DNA of 64,000 bases from Candidatus Nomurabacteria bacterium (GTDB lineage Bacteria; Patescibacteriota; Minisyncoccia; Phycocordibacterales; UBA2100): assembly GCA_943359395.1 (NCBI GenBank), contig CALRHH010000004.1, positions 1,699 to 65,698 of the forward strand. Reading direction: 5' to 3'. Under the pieces are notes generated by a model. It did no database searches, was not told the DNA's origin, and saw only the letters and a list, made by a program, of their open reading frames with translations. Numbering within the stretch: the first letter of the stretch is position 1; every line of letters begins with the position of its first letter. The translations under genes and the position numbers were made by a program. Positions 9,681 through 19,815 of the stretch are shown here, piece after piece.

Positions 9681-9968
9681 CTACTTGCCTTTCCCCCTCT
9701 CTTTTTTCTCCCAAAAGCGAGCAACCCTGCTCGAGAAGAGACTCGCGATGTGGGCAAATTTGAAACCCTCGCTTTTGATGCGCGCACGCATGAGGGCAAC
9801 ATCATTTCGGAATAAAGTGCTCTCTTCCGAAAACTCACGCGATATATCTTCAACGTGCCCAAGAATGCGCCAGACGCGAAAAAGAATGAGTGTAACAAAT
9901 ATTCCAAGCGCCAAGACTACTAGCGTGGTTACGACGAAGAATATATCCATTTTGAGAAAATCGTTCAT
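9681..9968 (-). CDS. Hypothetical membrane protein
   Basis: MDIFFVVTT TM segment plus coiled region. Confidence 0.7.
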   Translation of the reverse strand: MNDFLKMDIFFVVTTLVVLALGIFVTLILFRVWRILGHVEDISREFSEESTLFRNDVALMRARIKSEGFKFAHIASLFSSRVARFWEKKERGKGK

Positions 9969-10058
9969 ACTAACGGCAATTGCCTATGCACTTCGTAAGC
10001 GCACACCCCCCAGGAGCATCCTATTTGTATTGTACTCGAAAATAACCTCTTCGCACAC

Positions 10059-10229
10059 TTACTTCATTTTGACACCCTTGAACGCCCGGCCTTTCTTTGC
10101 CATCTGGTCGATGAAACGTCCCGTTTTTACATCTACCTTGGTCCAGCGTTGGTTACGTCCGCTCAATACCTGTGAGCGTTTTTTTACGACCCCTTTGCGA
10201 CCATGCCCCTTAGGCCCGTTCTTTGCCAT
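10059..10229 (-). CDS. Small basic protein, 56 aa (not in ORF track)
   Basis: MAKNGPKGHGRKGVVKKRSQVLSGRNQRWTKVDVKTGRFIDQMAKKGRAFKGVKMK; TACAAT-N6-ATG. Confidence 0.8.
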   Translation of the reverse strand: MAKNGPKGHGRKGVVKKRSQVLSGRNQRWTKVDVKTGRFIDQMAKKGRAFKGVKMK

Positions 10230-10266
10230 GCCTCAATTGTACAATTCCAGAAAGAAAAGCAACAAG

Positions 10267-10827
10267 CTATCCCCCTTCTTGCCATGTGGCTATAGACGGA
10301 AACTGATGAATGAGGTTTAGCACGTTGAGCACAAGGTTGTCCCGAATCATGTAGAGGACGAAGAGTTCGAGTGTGAGGCCACACAAGATAACCATCCACA
10401 CGGGGAGCCTCCGCGCGAGGAAAAAACCAAGTACCATCGCGACCGTATCCGAGATGGAGTTAACGATGCTATCCCCCGTATATCCTTGCGCGAGTGCTTG
10501 CTCGCGATAGTGATTAATCACCGTTGGTGTATTTTCGACGATCTCCCAAGCGGCTTCTATACCAACCGCGAAAAGGAGGCGTTTCCACACCGACGTGCGG
10601 GGAAAGAAATACCAAAGACCTAAGTAAAAAAGGAAGCCGTGGATAAGGTGCGAAAAAGTATACCAATCGGTCAAGTGTTGGGAATTTCCACTGCTCAAGA
10701 CCACTCCTTCCCAAAGTTTTACATCCCCACACACACAAAGAGGAGGCTGACCGAATAGATACAAAACTACACCCTGAATCACTATCAATCCAAACACAAG
10801 AAAGATATATTTCCGCGGCTCCGTCAT
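10267..10827 (-). CDS. DUF2585/UPF0314 family membrane protein
   Basis: C.CG.VKLW.G, SQHL.DWYT.SH..HG, WE..ENTP, Y.GDS..NS, IRDNL.LN. Confidence 0.9.
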   Translation of the reverse strand: MTEPRKYIFLVFGLIVIQGVVLYLFGQPPLCVCGDVKLWEGVVLSSGNSQHLTDWYTFSHLIHGFLFYLGLWYFFPRTSVWKRLLFAVGIEAAWEIVENTPTVINHYREQALAQGYTGDSIVNSISDTVAMVLGFFLARRLPVWMVILCGLTLELFVLYMIRDNLVLNVLNLIHQFPSIATWQEGG

Positions 10828-10839
10828 ATTCCCATGGTA

Positions 10840-11373
10840 TCAGGAAAAAGAAACGATTATATTACGTAATTCTTTACGAACTCTTTTGTGGTCTGGAACC
10901 GCTCTCGCGACAAGCGTCCAGAATCTTCCCGAGTGATTCATTTCGGCAAGATGACAGAGCTCGTGGACAACGACATAATCTGCAATCTGCGGCGGGAGTA
11001 CTGCTATTCTGTAATTGAAACTTAAATTGCCCGCGCTTGAGCAACTACCCCAGCGCAACTTTTGTGCGCGGATGCTTATTCTATTGTATGAGAATCCATA
11101 GTACTTTGCAAAATGCATGCAACGTCCCTGCGCAAGCGCTAGCGCATTCCTTTTGAGGCGTGTAATGTCGTTTCTTGGTATTCGTATCACACTCTTACTC
11201 ATCGTTCGGCGGAGGTGTTTATGTATCCACGCGGTGTGCCTTTCTACAAAATTCTCAACGGCGCCCGTGCCAAGAAATATGGGCGCTGTCACAATAACTC
11301 TTGAGTCGGGAAAAACCGAGAGCCGCATTGCCCGCGCCCGTGCGCTTCGTTTGAGCATGTAGGAGATAGCCAT
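10840..11373 (-). CDS. M48/YgjP-like (DUF45) zinc metallopeptidase-fold protein
   Basis: RWGSCS, DYVVVHELCHL.EMNHS.RFW. Confidence 0.9.
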   Translation of the reverse strand: MAISYMLKRSARARAMRLSVFPDSRVIVTAPIFLGTGAVENFVERHTAWIHKHLRRTMSKSVIRIPRNDITRLKRNALALAQGRCMHFAKYYGFSYNRISIRAQKLRWGSCSSAGNLSFNYRIAVLPPQIADYVVVHELCHLAEMNHSGRFWTLVARAVPDHKRVRKELRNIIVSFS

Positions 11374-11376
11374 GTG

Positions 11377-12330
11377 TTAAAAAAGACTCGAAGCGCAACG
11401 CGCATTTAACGCGACCGAATCATCCTTCGTAAGAGAAAGTCTCTTCCCTTGATTGACTTTATACATGATTGCTTCCACATCCTCGACATGTCCCAAGCCC
11501 AGCGCGTGCCCAAGCTCATGCGCAAGGACACGCACAAGCTCCGTGCGGTTTGAGTACTCAAAGATATCAATACGCTGAGAGCCACCCTCACTCACATACT
11601 CACCCTCTTCAAATTCTCTCCCCGTCGAGGCACCGGCCTGATTATATCTCTCGACGTTGAGATTGAGTTCCACTATGAGCTTGTTGAGTGATGTTCCCAC
11701 CGCGTTTAGAATTTCGATATCGGCATTTAATGCACTTTCCGCTGTTTTAATCCCCTCGGCCTCTACACTAAGCGCAGCCTTCTCAGTCTGCAAACGGTCA
11801 TATTCGGGCGGTGGAGCTCCTCCCTGCCGATTCCATTTCGCAACCTGCATATTGTATGTTTTTTGTCTCGATTCGTATGCGGCGACGCCCGCATCGAGAG
11901 CCTTCTTCGCAGAGGCAATGCGTGCAGCACGGCTGTCATATTGAGATTTCAGGGCATCGAAAGAAGATGTACTCTTGTCAATCTGTATTCCAGAGGCCGC
12001 CATTGTATCACTCGCCTTTTGGCGATAATCGTAGACAAAATTAATCACAACATCTCCCCCTTCGTCCTTATACTCGAAAAGGTCGTTGCCCGGTGACGTC
12101 TCCCAGATTGACTCCGCCTCTTTAAGGTCGGCCACGGCTATTGTTTTCGATATGCCAAATCGTGTATCCACAGAGCCGAGCGAATAGGTAATCGGGCTTC
12201 GGCACGGCAGAAATCGTGCTTCTACCTGTCTCGTTACCTGCATCACCTCATCGCGATGCGCGAAAACAGCGTAAGTGACACTTCCTATTATCCCAATCAA
12301 GACAAGAACATCGAATGTGCGTCGTATCAT
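11377..12330 (-). CDS. Matrixin (M10) family metalloprotease with coiled-coil insert
   Basis: HELGHALGLGH plus Met-turn (AIMY); N-terminal TM. Confidence 0.88.
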   Translation of the reverse strand: MIRRTFDVLVLIGIIGSVTYAVFAHRDEVMQVTRQVEARFLPCRSPITYSLGSVDTRFGISKTIAVADLKEAESIWETSPGNDLFEYKDEGGDVVINFVYDYRQKASDTMAASGIQIDKSTSSFDALKSQYDSRAARIASAKKALDAGVAAYESRQKTYNMQVAKWNRQGGAPPPEYDRLQTEKAALSVEAEGIKTAESALNADIEILNAVGTSLNKLIVELNLNVERYNQAGASTGREFEEGEYVSEGGSQRIDIFEYSNRTELVRVLAHELGHALGLGHVEDVEAIMYKVNQGKRLSLTKDDSVALNARCASSLF

Positions 12331-12403
12331 TACATCACTATATCAAATGAAGCCTTTTGCTTCGGTGTGATTGTGCGAATGTGCTTTGATGGCACACCCC
12401 CTC

Positions 12404-12634
12404 TTAGCGTACGAGCACAGCTCCCGCATCAAATGCCGAACGAACCCAGGAAATCTTTGCGAACCACGGCCCGAGTACACCAAGCGCAATCGTGGCGATT
12501 ATGGCAGACCCTACAAAAAATCCAATTCCATAAAAGATGCCTACCACAAACATGCGTCCGAGTGAATTTTGCCGAGCGATCTGCCTATTAAGCAGGTCTA
12601 AATGTTCGACTATTTTATCGCTCTGATTTTCCAT
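12404..12634 (-). CDS. Small membrane protein
   Basis: F..GI..G.G..VG...I TM pattern; start at MENQS. Confidence 0.65.
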   Translation of the reverse strand: MENQSDKIVEHLDLLNRQIARQNSLGRMFVVGIFYGIGFFVGSAIIATIALGVLGPWFAKISWVRSAFDAGAVLVR

Positions 12635-12749
12635 GGTTAGATACTTACTACTCCAGTGTACCACTTTTTCTGTCCGACGACCTCATCATAAAGCGGTTAA
12701 AAATCCCTCAGACGAGGTCTCGGATTCAAACATCGTTTAGCGCACAGAA

Positions 12750-13463
12750 CTAGGCTATTTGAGGAAAGTCCAGCGGAATCGGAGCGGTGAACGTCGTTTT
12801 CGTACTTTTGAGATTAAGGGAGATGCTGTAGGCGTGTAGCGCTGGCCTTTGGAATCCCAATAACAGTTCCTTATCGGAAGCATACAGGTGGTCCGCTACG
12901 ATTGGATTCCCAATAGAGGCAAAATGAACACGTATTTGGTGCGTACGTCCTGTCTTCGGGTATATCTCGATGTACGAGGCCGCCTCACCCGTAACTGGAT
13001 CCGAGAAGCTTCGTAAGAGCTTCCATTCAGTGATAGCCGCTCTTTTTTCATCCTCTTCGCAAGGTCGTGCAAACCAGCGTTTAGGAGGTACAGAGCTACG
13101 CACTATTTCCGCGACGATCTCGCCTTTTTCTGATTCCATGTGTCCGTATACAAAAGCCCGATACACCTTCGCAATCCGCCGTTCTTTAAATTCATTCTTC
13201 AGGAATGCATAAGCACTCTGAGTCTTCGCTATGAGCATGACACCACTCGTTGTCCTGTCGAGCCGATGCACAATACCGGGCAAGAGCACACGCTCCCCCT
13301 GCGGAGAAATCCACGGCTCTCCCACGAACTCAAGTGCGGGAAATTCTTTCAGTATCCAATCGGCGAGCGTGGGCTCCTGGGTGCGGCCATCACTGTGCAC
13401 GACGAGCCCCTCTGGCTTATCGATAGCGAGAACTTCTTCTGTCTCTGCGATTACTTTTGGCAC
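12750..13463 (-). CDS. RluA family pseudouridine synthase
   Basis: KP.GL.VH, HRLD..TSG, TGRTHQIRVH, LHA. Confidence 0.95.
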   Translation of the reverse strand: MPKVIAETEEVLAIDKPEGLVVHSDGRTQEPTLADWILKEFPALEFVGEPWISPQGERVLLPGIVHRLDRTTSGVMLIAKTQSAYAFLKNEFKERRIAKVYRAFVYGHMESEKGEIVAEIVRSSVPPKRWFARPCEEDEKRAAITEWKLLRSFSDPVTGEAASYIEIYPKTGRTHQIRVHFASIGNPIVADHLYASDKELLLGFQRPALHAYSISLNLKSTKTTFTAPIPLDFPQIA

Positions 13464-13469
13464 ACGTGT

Positions 13470-13763
13470 CTACTTAAGCATTTGCTGGCTTTGCTCCGTA
13501 ATCATTTTCTCGATTTTTCGTTCAAACATCCGCATCATAAGCGGCAGCTTAGCGTTGAGCTCGTATTCCCTATCTTTGACCTCAAGCCGCCCTGAGATGT
13601 TTTGGCCCTGCATCATGAATGCGAAATGGAGCACATCACCCTCCCAGCGCTCTTCTCCCACTGTCACCTTGTCTGCAAATTTGGGCTTGGCTTCGATGAG
13701 TAATCTCTGGGCTCTCGCGACCGCTTCATGCCGCGAAAACGAATGCGGAATCTTCAACTGCAT
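13470..13763 (-). CDS. Polyhydroxyalkanoic acid system (PHA_gran_rgn) family-like protein
   Basis: PH....EA..R, W.G..L.F...GQ.ISG.L.V, KLP. Confidence 0.7.
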   Translation of the reverse strand: MQLKIPHSFSRHEAVARAQRLLIEAKPKFADKVTVGEERWEGDVLHFAFMMQGQNISGRLEVKDREYELNAKLPLMMRMFERKIEKMITEQSQQMLK

Positions 13764-13765
13764 AC

Positions 13766-14032
13766 TTATGTCTTTCCGTTCTCACCCATGATGTCCTTGG
13801 TCTGTATAGGGCTCTGAATACCCGGCTTCCACTCCGCATGTATTTCGCCGAATTGCTTTTCGTAATCAGCTATCTGGTGCGCGAGATACTGCGCGAGGCG
13901 CTTCATGTGCTGCGGCGAGAGCGCGTACGCAATACCATTCTCTCCCGTTATCATTCCCATAACGAAAAACTCCTGCGAGAAGGCGGCTGAAATATTTTCG
14001 CAAAATTGTTTTGGTACTTTGCTGAGGTCCAT
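13766..14032 (-). CDS. DUF3467-like small protein
   Basis: F......F.M, SPQHMKRL...L...I..YE..FG.I. Confidence 0.7.
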   Translation of the reverse strand: MDLSKVPKQFCENISAAFSQEFFVMGMITGENGIAYALSPQHMKRLAQYLAHQIADYEKQFGEIHAEWKPGIQSPIQTKDIMGENGKT

Positions 14033-14056
14033 TTGGCAATTATATCACTTCTCTTT

Positions 14057-14081
14057 CCCTTGGGCTTCGCTCAGGGCAAGC
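14057..14081. repeat. REP-like short palindrome
   Basis: CCCT-tgggcttcgctc-AGGG-CAAG immediately after the msrB stop. Confidence 0.5.
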
Positions 14082-14086
14082 AACCG

Positions 14087-14527
14087 TTATTTTTCTTCCA
14101 AATCTAAACACACAGAGTTAATACAGTAGCGTTTGCCGGTCGGCGTCGGGCCGTCATCAAAGACGTGGCCGAGATGCGAACCGCAACGCGCACATGTAAT
14201 TTCCGTCCTCTCCACATCCAACGTCCCATCGCGATGCGTCTCTATCGCCCCCGGCAGTGCGGTATCAAAAGACGGCCAGCCAGTGCCGGAATCGAATTTT
14301 GCGTCGGACGAGAACAGCTGATTGCCGCATGCTTTGCACTCATAAACTCCTTGCGCGTTTGCATGAACATACTCGCCCGAAAAGGGCGCCTCTGTTCCCT
14401 TCTCCCGCAACACCGCATACTCTTCGGGCGAGAGCATCTCTTTAAATCCTTCTTCGTTTTCTGGCATATGCGACCTGCTGGCCTTAGTACTGCCTCGCTT
14501 GTCGCTCGGGAACATTGGTTTCTTCAC
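14087..14527 (-). CDS. msrB: Peptide-methionine (R)-S-oxide reductase
   Basis: GTE.PF.G, CxxC, SGTGWPSF, HLGHVF.DGP, RYCINS; GTG start with TATACT-N6. Confidence 0.97.
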   Translation of the reverse strand: MKKPMFPSDKRGSTKASRSHMPENEEGFKEMLSPEEYAVLREKGTEAPFSGEYVHANAQGVYECKACGNQLFSSDAKFDSGTGWPSFDTALPGAIETHRDGTLDVERTEITCARCGSHLGHVFDDGPTPTGKRYCINSVCLDLEEK

Positions 14528-14544
14528 CCACCCAGTATACCAAA

Positions 14545-16335
14545 TTACGCTTGTCGACGAGAGCGGGAACGGTCTATTTCAGAAAGGGCTTGCTTCCGGA
14601 GACGCACAGAGGTTGGTGCAATCTCCAAATATTCATCTTCCGTCATCACTTCAAGTCCGCGTTCAATAGTAAGTTCGAACGGAGGAATAAGATTAATCGC
14701 TTCATCAGCACCGCTCGAACGCATATTGCTGAGTTGCTTTCCTTTTGTTGGATTTACCATCATTTCCTCCCCCTTTGAAGTATTCCCGATAACCATCCCC
14801 TCATACACCAGGGCGGCGGGGCCGATGTACAAAACTCCACGATCCTGCAAATTCCAAAGTGAGAAGCCGAGAGCTTTCCCGCTTGCCATCGATATCATCG
14901 AGCCCACTTGGCGGCTCTTGATTTCACCCGCATAAGGCTTAAATGCGACAAAACGGGAAGAGAGGATGCCCTCGCCCTTAGTATCGAGAATGAATTGGCT
15001 GCGATATCCGAGAAGCCCGCGCGTTGGGCCTTCAAATGTGAGACGCACCTGATTCTCGTGAATCTTGAGATCGCTCATAACGAACTTGCGCGTGCCGAGG
15101 CGTTCGATGACGGCTCCCTGGTACACGCTCGGCGTATCAATGATGACCTCTTCGAATGGCTCAAATTTCTTCCCGCCTTCTTCGTGAAAGATAACCTGCG
15201 GCTGGGAAACCTGCATCTCGAAACCCTCGCGACGCATGTTCTCAAGCAAAATCGCGATGTGAAGCTCCCCTCGACCGGAGACCTTGAAGAGATCGCCTGA
15301 CGGAAACTCCACGCGGAGACCAACGTTTACCTCAAGCTCTCGCTCAAGTCTGTCGCGTATTTGGCGCGAGGTGACAAACTTTCCCTCACGCCCGGCGAAA
15401 GGAGAATTATTGACAAGAAAGTTGAGTGTAATGGTCGGCTCGTCGATTGCAATTGCCGGAAGCGGCTCTGCACTGGCATCGATTGTAATCGTCTCCCCGA
15501 TGAAAATCTCGGGAATTCCCGCAATCATGGCGATATCGCCTGCTACGACCTCGGTTGACTCTACCTTCTTCAGCCCGCGAAACGTAAACATCTTGGTTAT
15601 TTTTCCGGTATGTGTCTCCCCGCCGACTTTTTTCACAAACACAGCATCGCCCGTCTTCAGTACTCCCTCATACGCACGCACAATCGCCAAACGGCCCAAG
15701 AAATTATCGTAGCCGAGGTTGAACGGTTGAAGTCGCGCCGTCTTTTCCAGAGCTTCCGGACTCGAAGCGGGCGGAACATGCGAAAGGATTGTTTCCAGGA
15801 GAGGCGTGAGGTCGGTGGACTCGTCCTCCAATTTCAGTTTTGCGACTCCCTGTTTTCCGATAGCGTACACGACGGGAAAATCCGCCTGCGCATCGGATGC
15901 CCCGAGCTCTAGAAAAAGCTCGAGAACTTGCTCCTCGCAACGCGCAGGGTCTGCGGCGGATTTGTCTATCTTGTTTATGATAACGATTGGTTTGAGACCG
16001 AGCTCGAGCGACTTTTTGAGAACGAAGCGCGTCTGAGGCATTGGTCCTTCTTGTGCGTCGACGACCAGCAAAACCGAATCAATGCTGCGCAATACGCGCT
16101 CGACCTCGGATCCAAAATCGGCGTGCCCAGGAGTATCAACAATATTTATCTTGGTATCCTTGTAAAAGACTGCCGCGTTTTTGGAATAAATCGTGATGCC
16201 CCGCTCAAGCTCAAGCGCATTGCTATCCATCGAAACTCCCTCTTCAGCAACACCCGTTTGCCGTAGAAGAGCATCGGTCAAAGTAGTCTTGCCGTGGTCC
16301 ACATGCGCGATTATGGCTATATTTCTTATCTCCAT
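14545..16335 (-). CDS. typA: Ribosome-associated GTPase TypA/BipA
   Basis: [43 protein letters not shown]. Confidence 0.97.
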   Translation of the reverse strand: MEIRNIAIIAHVDHGKTTLTDALLRQTGVAEEGVSMDSNALELERGITIYSKNAAVFYKDTKINIVDTPGHADFGSEVERVLRSIDSVLLVVDAQEGPMPQTRFVLKKSLELGLKPIVIINKIDKSAADPARCEEQVLELFLELGASDAQADFPVVYAIGKQGVAKLKLEDESTDLTPLLETILSHVPPASSPEALEKTARLQPFNLGYDNFLGRLAIVRAYEGVLKTGDAVFVKKVGGETHTGKITKMFTFRGLKKVESTEVVAGDIAMIAGIPEIFIGETITIDASAEPLPAIAIDEPTITLNFLVNNSPFAGREGKFVTSRQIRDRLERELEVNVGLRVEFPSGDLFKVSGRGELHIAILLENMRREGFEMQVSQPQVIFHEEGGKKFEPFEEVIIDTPSVYQGAVIERLGTRKFVMSDLKIHENQVRLTFEGPTRGLLGYRSQFILDTKGEGILSSRFVAFKPYAGEIKSRQVGSMISMASGKALGFSLWNLQDRGVLYIGPAALVYEGMVIGNTSKGEEMMVNPTKGKQLSNMRSSGADEAINLIPPFELTIERGLEVMTEDEYLEIAPTSVRLRKQALSEIDRSRSRRQA

Positions 16336-16361
16336 ATTGTCTTTGTTGACTACTTAGCGAT

Positions 16362-16401
16362 GCCTGCCCCGTAGCCAATGCGAAGCATTGTGGTACTGGG
16401 G
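16362..16401. repeat. REP-like palindrome upstream of typA
   Basis: GCCTG-CCCCGTAGC-CAATGCGAAGCATTG-TGGTACTGGGG hairpin. Confidence 0.6.
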
Positions 16402-16498
16402 TTTCGAGTTTCCATACTGTTTAAAGCAAAATGCCTCGTTGCCGAGGCACCGAGGCTCCATTGTGCCTTATTTCAAGCTTCACGTCAAGAAACCGAGA

Positions 16499-17221
16499 TT
16501 ATAATTGAGGATCAATCGCGCTCCTGAAGCTTGCTATTTCAGCGGCGCCCGGGATTGAAGTTTTTCCTGTGATAAATCCGGGCGTTCCGTTGATGCCAAA
16601 TTTCCCGCCCTCAGCGCGGTCAGCATCTATGGCGCTCTGGTACTTCTCGCGATTCGCCGCAACGTTTGCCTTCACCTTCGCAGCGTCCATTCCGGAGATT
16701 CTTTTTATAAGTGCGACTATACTGGTCTCGTCACCGAACCCTCCATTCTCTTCGTCCTGAGACTTGAACATCTCCTCTCGCCACTCATAGTATTTGTCGG
16801 GATAAAGTGCCCATACAGCCCGACCATAGAGCGCCGCGGTAGTCGAATCTTCGCCCAAAAATGCGAAATCTTTGAAAATGACTCTTATCTTGCCCGTATT
16901 CACATAGTCTTTGATAAGAACGGGAAACGCTGGTTCGATTGGTATTTGTGGTATGCCGCCTATGTCGACGGCTTTACAGAATGGACATTGAAAATCAGAC
17001 CAATATGCAAGCACGACCTTCGCATTTGCGTTGCCGATATATGGCGAGCCATCGGTTTTCACGTCTTTGATATCTACGGCCACGGTTGGCTGCGTACCGC
17101 CCTGTGCTGCGGAGCCGCTCTTGGAAAGTCCATAATAAAGCCCTCCACCAATGAGGACTCCCGCAATAACAATAGCCGCTGGAAGGAAAAGAGCGGAATT
17201 GTCTTTTGGTGTTGTAGGCAT
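16499..17221 (-). CDS. DsbA family thioredoxin-fold oxidoreductase
   Basis: TM anchor, DFQCPFC, GINGTP. Confidence 0.92.
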   Translation of the reverse strand: MPTTPKDNSALFLPAAIVIAGVLIGGGLYYGLSKSGSAAQGGTQPTVAVDIKDVKTDGSPYIGNANAKVVLAYWSDFQCPFCKAVDIGGIPQIPIEPAFPVLIKDYVNTGKIRVIFKDFAFLGEDSTTAALYGRAVWALYPDKYYEWREEMFKSQDEENGGFGDETSIVALIKRISGMDAAKVKANVAANREKYQSAIDADRAEGGKFGINGTPGFITGKTSIPGAAEIASFRSAIDPQL

Positions 17222-17259
17222 AATCCGTACATTCTACACTATTATAGAAGTTTGCAAGT

Positions 17260-17299
17260 GCGGATCCACAGATTCTACATATTGAATCTGTGGATTCGC
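17260..17299. other. 16-bp-arm inverted repeat (terminator or operator candidate)
   Basis: GCGGATCCACAGATTC-tacatatt-GAATCTGTGGATTCGC between the GH18 gene and dsbA. Confidence 0.5.
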
Positions 17300-17373
17300 G
17301 GACGAATGAGAACATTCGTGTCTTGGACCATCCGTTTCCAAAGCGCTCTCCGTAACGATTACTTTCCTTATCC

Positions 17374-18870
17374 CTAGAGTCCTCCGAGCAACGCGTTCAG
17401 CTTCGCTCGTGTATTCGGACCAACGTAGCCGTATCCCGAGTCTCCTTTTTTCGCGATGCTGTATTTCACTTGGAATTTCTGTACGGCACGCGCAGTCGCC
17501 GGCCCGAAGTAGATCGTCTCACGTCCCAGAGAACCTACGCCGCTTGCCGCGACTTGCGTGCCCGCATCGGAATTGAGGATTTTCTGGAGCACCCGGACAT
17601 CTTCGCCGATTGTTCCCAAAGTAAGACCCCGTGCGAGCGGACGAGAAGAAAATTCCGACTCTACAATCGTTCCTTGCTCAGCCACCTTTTTGAGTACGTC
17701 CCAGATGGCGGGGTCCTGTCCGCCGTCGAGCTTGAATATCGAGACGCCGCGCACCCCGAGCTTCTTCGCGAGATCAATCTTCTGCTGGACCGATTGCGCA
17801 TCTGGCCAATCAAGGAGACGAAACCCGAGATGCGAATTGTACGTATCAGCGTACGCCGTGGCAGCAAGGGCAGCGAAAAGTGCCGATGTAGGACCGAGAG
17901 AGACGGGCGTGGTGCTCGTTGCAGCATTTGCAACATACGTGAAGTACATTTCCCCTGCCGTGTTACGTTGCGGTGTAATACCATACTGTGCGGCGATATC
18001 TGTCGCATACCGAGGATTGAATACCCAGAGGATACCGTACGAATATTCTTTGCCTTCATACGCCGTGACGTCATATTCGTAACCGTATGTCGGAACGCCG
18101 ATAAGTATTTTGCTTTTAGAAATATCTTTCATCATAAACCGGATGCTTTTTTCTACCCAAGCGGGGTCAGCAACCGGGGCGTAGAGTTGCGTAGAAGAAG
18201 CCGCTGTGGCCACAAGCTTGCGGTCGATGCCTTGCTGGTCGTAGGTCATAATACGTACTCTGTCACAGTACTTGTTGATTTCTTTCAGATCATTGGCGTA
18301 AACACCGGCATTCTCCGGAAGAGATGTCCCCCAATACTGATCTTCGAGCGGTGTACGAGACTCGACGGAACACATAATCATTTTGGAGCCCATGCGCATA
18401 TCCAGGCCCTTCAAAAAAGTGGAGAAGTGATCCTTGTCTTTTGCATACTTGCCCTCAAAGTCGATATCGATACCATCGTAGCCGCCCTCCTTCACAAGTG
18501 CGACGATACGGTCCTCAAGTGCAATACGTGACTTCTGATTGCTCAATAATTGGTGTAGGGTTTCTCCCCCACTCGACATAACGGTTGGAATGACACGAAC
18601 ATTTTTTGCCCTGGCAGTGGCGATAAACGAGAGCCAAGGCTCAGCCTCAAGCGCACCGTTGTCACGCAAGGTCCCGTCGTTGCGAATTGTGTAGACGAAC
18701 GGATTCACTTCTGTGAGCGTATCTAAATGGGGCAAGGTATCAGCCGTCCCCGTAGCGACGCGCCAGTATGGTATCCAGCCTGTCACTTCGAACGGTGCTT
18801 CCGTCGCGGCTGACGCCGTCAGAGGAACGGTAAAAACGAGTGCGCACAGAAAAACAAAAGAATTTCTCAT
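17374..18870 (-). CDS. Secreted GH18 family glycoside hydrolase with C-terminal peptidoglycan-binding domain
   Basis: Signal peptide; DGIDIDFE, IMTYD, G.PTYGY; C-terminal L..G..G.DV..LQ..L, FG..T..AV..FQ, GYVGP.TR..LN. Confidence 0.9.
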   Translation of the reverse strand: MRNSFVFLCALVFTVPLTASAATEAPFEVTGWIPYWRVATGTADTLPHLDTLTEVNPFVYTIRNDGTLRDNGALEAEPWLSFIATARAKNVRVIPTVMSSGGETLHQLLSNQKSRIALEDRIVALVKEGGYDGIDIDFEGKYAKDKDHFSTFLKGLDMRMGSKMIMCSVESRTPLEDQYWGTSLPENAGVYANDLKEINKYCDRVRIMTYDQQGIDRKLVATAASSTQLYAPVADPAWVEKSIRFMMKDISKSKILIGVPTYGYEYDVTAYEGKEYSYGILWVFNPRYATDIAAQYGITPQRNTAGEMYFTYVANAATSTTPVSLGPTSALFAALAATAYADTYNSHLGFRLLDWPDAQSVQQKIDLAKKLGVRGVSIFKLDGGQDPAIWDVLKKVAEQGTIVESEFSSRPLARGLTLGTIGEDVRVLQKILNSDAGTQVAASGVGSLGRETIYFGPATARAVQKFQVKYSIAKKGDSGYGYVGPNTRAKLNALLGGL

Positions 18871-18968
18871 ACCCCGTGAGAGAAACACGCCGAACGATTC
18901 AGCCGAAAACTTGGTGTATTCAACAGTATATGTGTATCAAGCATATAAATTTGATTCTCTCATGGGGT
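18870..18968. mobile_element. TIR-bounded mini-element, copy a
   Basis: TACCCCGTGAGAGA ... TCTCTCATGGGGT. Confidence 0.65.
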
Positions 18969-19113
18969 CACACCCCTTTGACGTATCAGTGTAACAAAAG
19001 TTACGGGCAACGTAGAACGGACGAGGTGAGAGTGCGAAGTATTTGTACTTCCGGACCGGAGAGCACGCGGAAATCGAAGATTCTTTGCCGGCTATGAAGA
19101 AATATTCCGGTCT

Positions 19114-19767
19114 TCAGTACCACGTCTCTTCGCCGTTCCCTGAGAGCGGGAGTGCGGGCCCGAGATATTTCGGCTGTCGGTGCGTGAATACATTGAAAAT
19201 CGCTTTTATGGATGCGGGTATCTCGCGCAAGTAATCATACGGGGAACGCTCTCCTCCTTTTGCGACAATGCCGTACGCGTCGATACCAAGATTCTGCGCT
19301 ATCCAGAGCGCACGAGGCATATGAAAGTCCTGCGTGACGATAGTGAGAGAGTGCACGAGGAAGACTTCGCGCGCGCGATACATACTGCTGTAAGTATCAA
19401 ATCCCGCGTGGTCGAGAAATATATCTTGCGGAGCGACTCCCGCGTCAACGAGGTACTTGCGCACGGGAGTTACCTCATCGTGCGTGAGTGCGCTGTTGTC
19501 CCCCGTCACAAGTATTTTGGAAACCTTGCCCGACTTGTACAACACTATCGCCGCATTTGCCCGCTCCGCTAGTATCGGCGAGGGACTACCGCGGAAGACC
19601 GATGCGCCCAGGACAAGCGCAGCTTCCGTGACCGGCACATCGTCGATACTGGAAGCAATGTGCGAATCAACTGCAACGCGCACGAATATTGGTACCATCA
19701 TCGCAAGAGCAATACCACCCAAAACTATGATTAGGGCGATGCGGCCAAAACGGAGGATGGGAGGCAT
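19114..19767 (-). CDS. SanA/YdcF/ElyC family protein
   Basis: VLGA, L..R, GDN, DHAGFDTY.S..RA, TQ.FH..RA, RE..A. Confidence 0.9.
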   Translation of the reverse strand: MPPILRFGRIALIIVLGGIALAMMVPIFVRVAVDSHIASSIDDVPVTEAALVLGASVFRGSPSPILAERANAAIVLYKSGKVSKILVTGDNSALTHDEVTPVRKYLVDAGVAPQDIFLDHAGFDTYSSMYRAREVFLVHSLTIVTQDFHMPRALWIAQNLGIDAYGIVAKGGERSPYDYLREIPASIKAIFNVFTHRQPKYLGPALPLSGNGEETWY

Positions 19768-19815
19768 AGAGAGTACAGTATGCACTCTTTCTGGGTTTTG
19801 GGTTGGGAGGGATTA

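Noticed and set aside
17470..18531. 353-aa plus-strand ORF
   Set aside because: Antisense shadow of the GH18 gene; no motifs.
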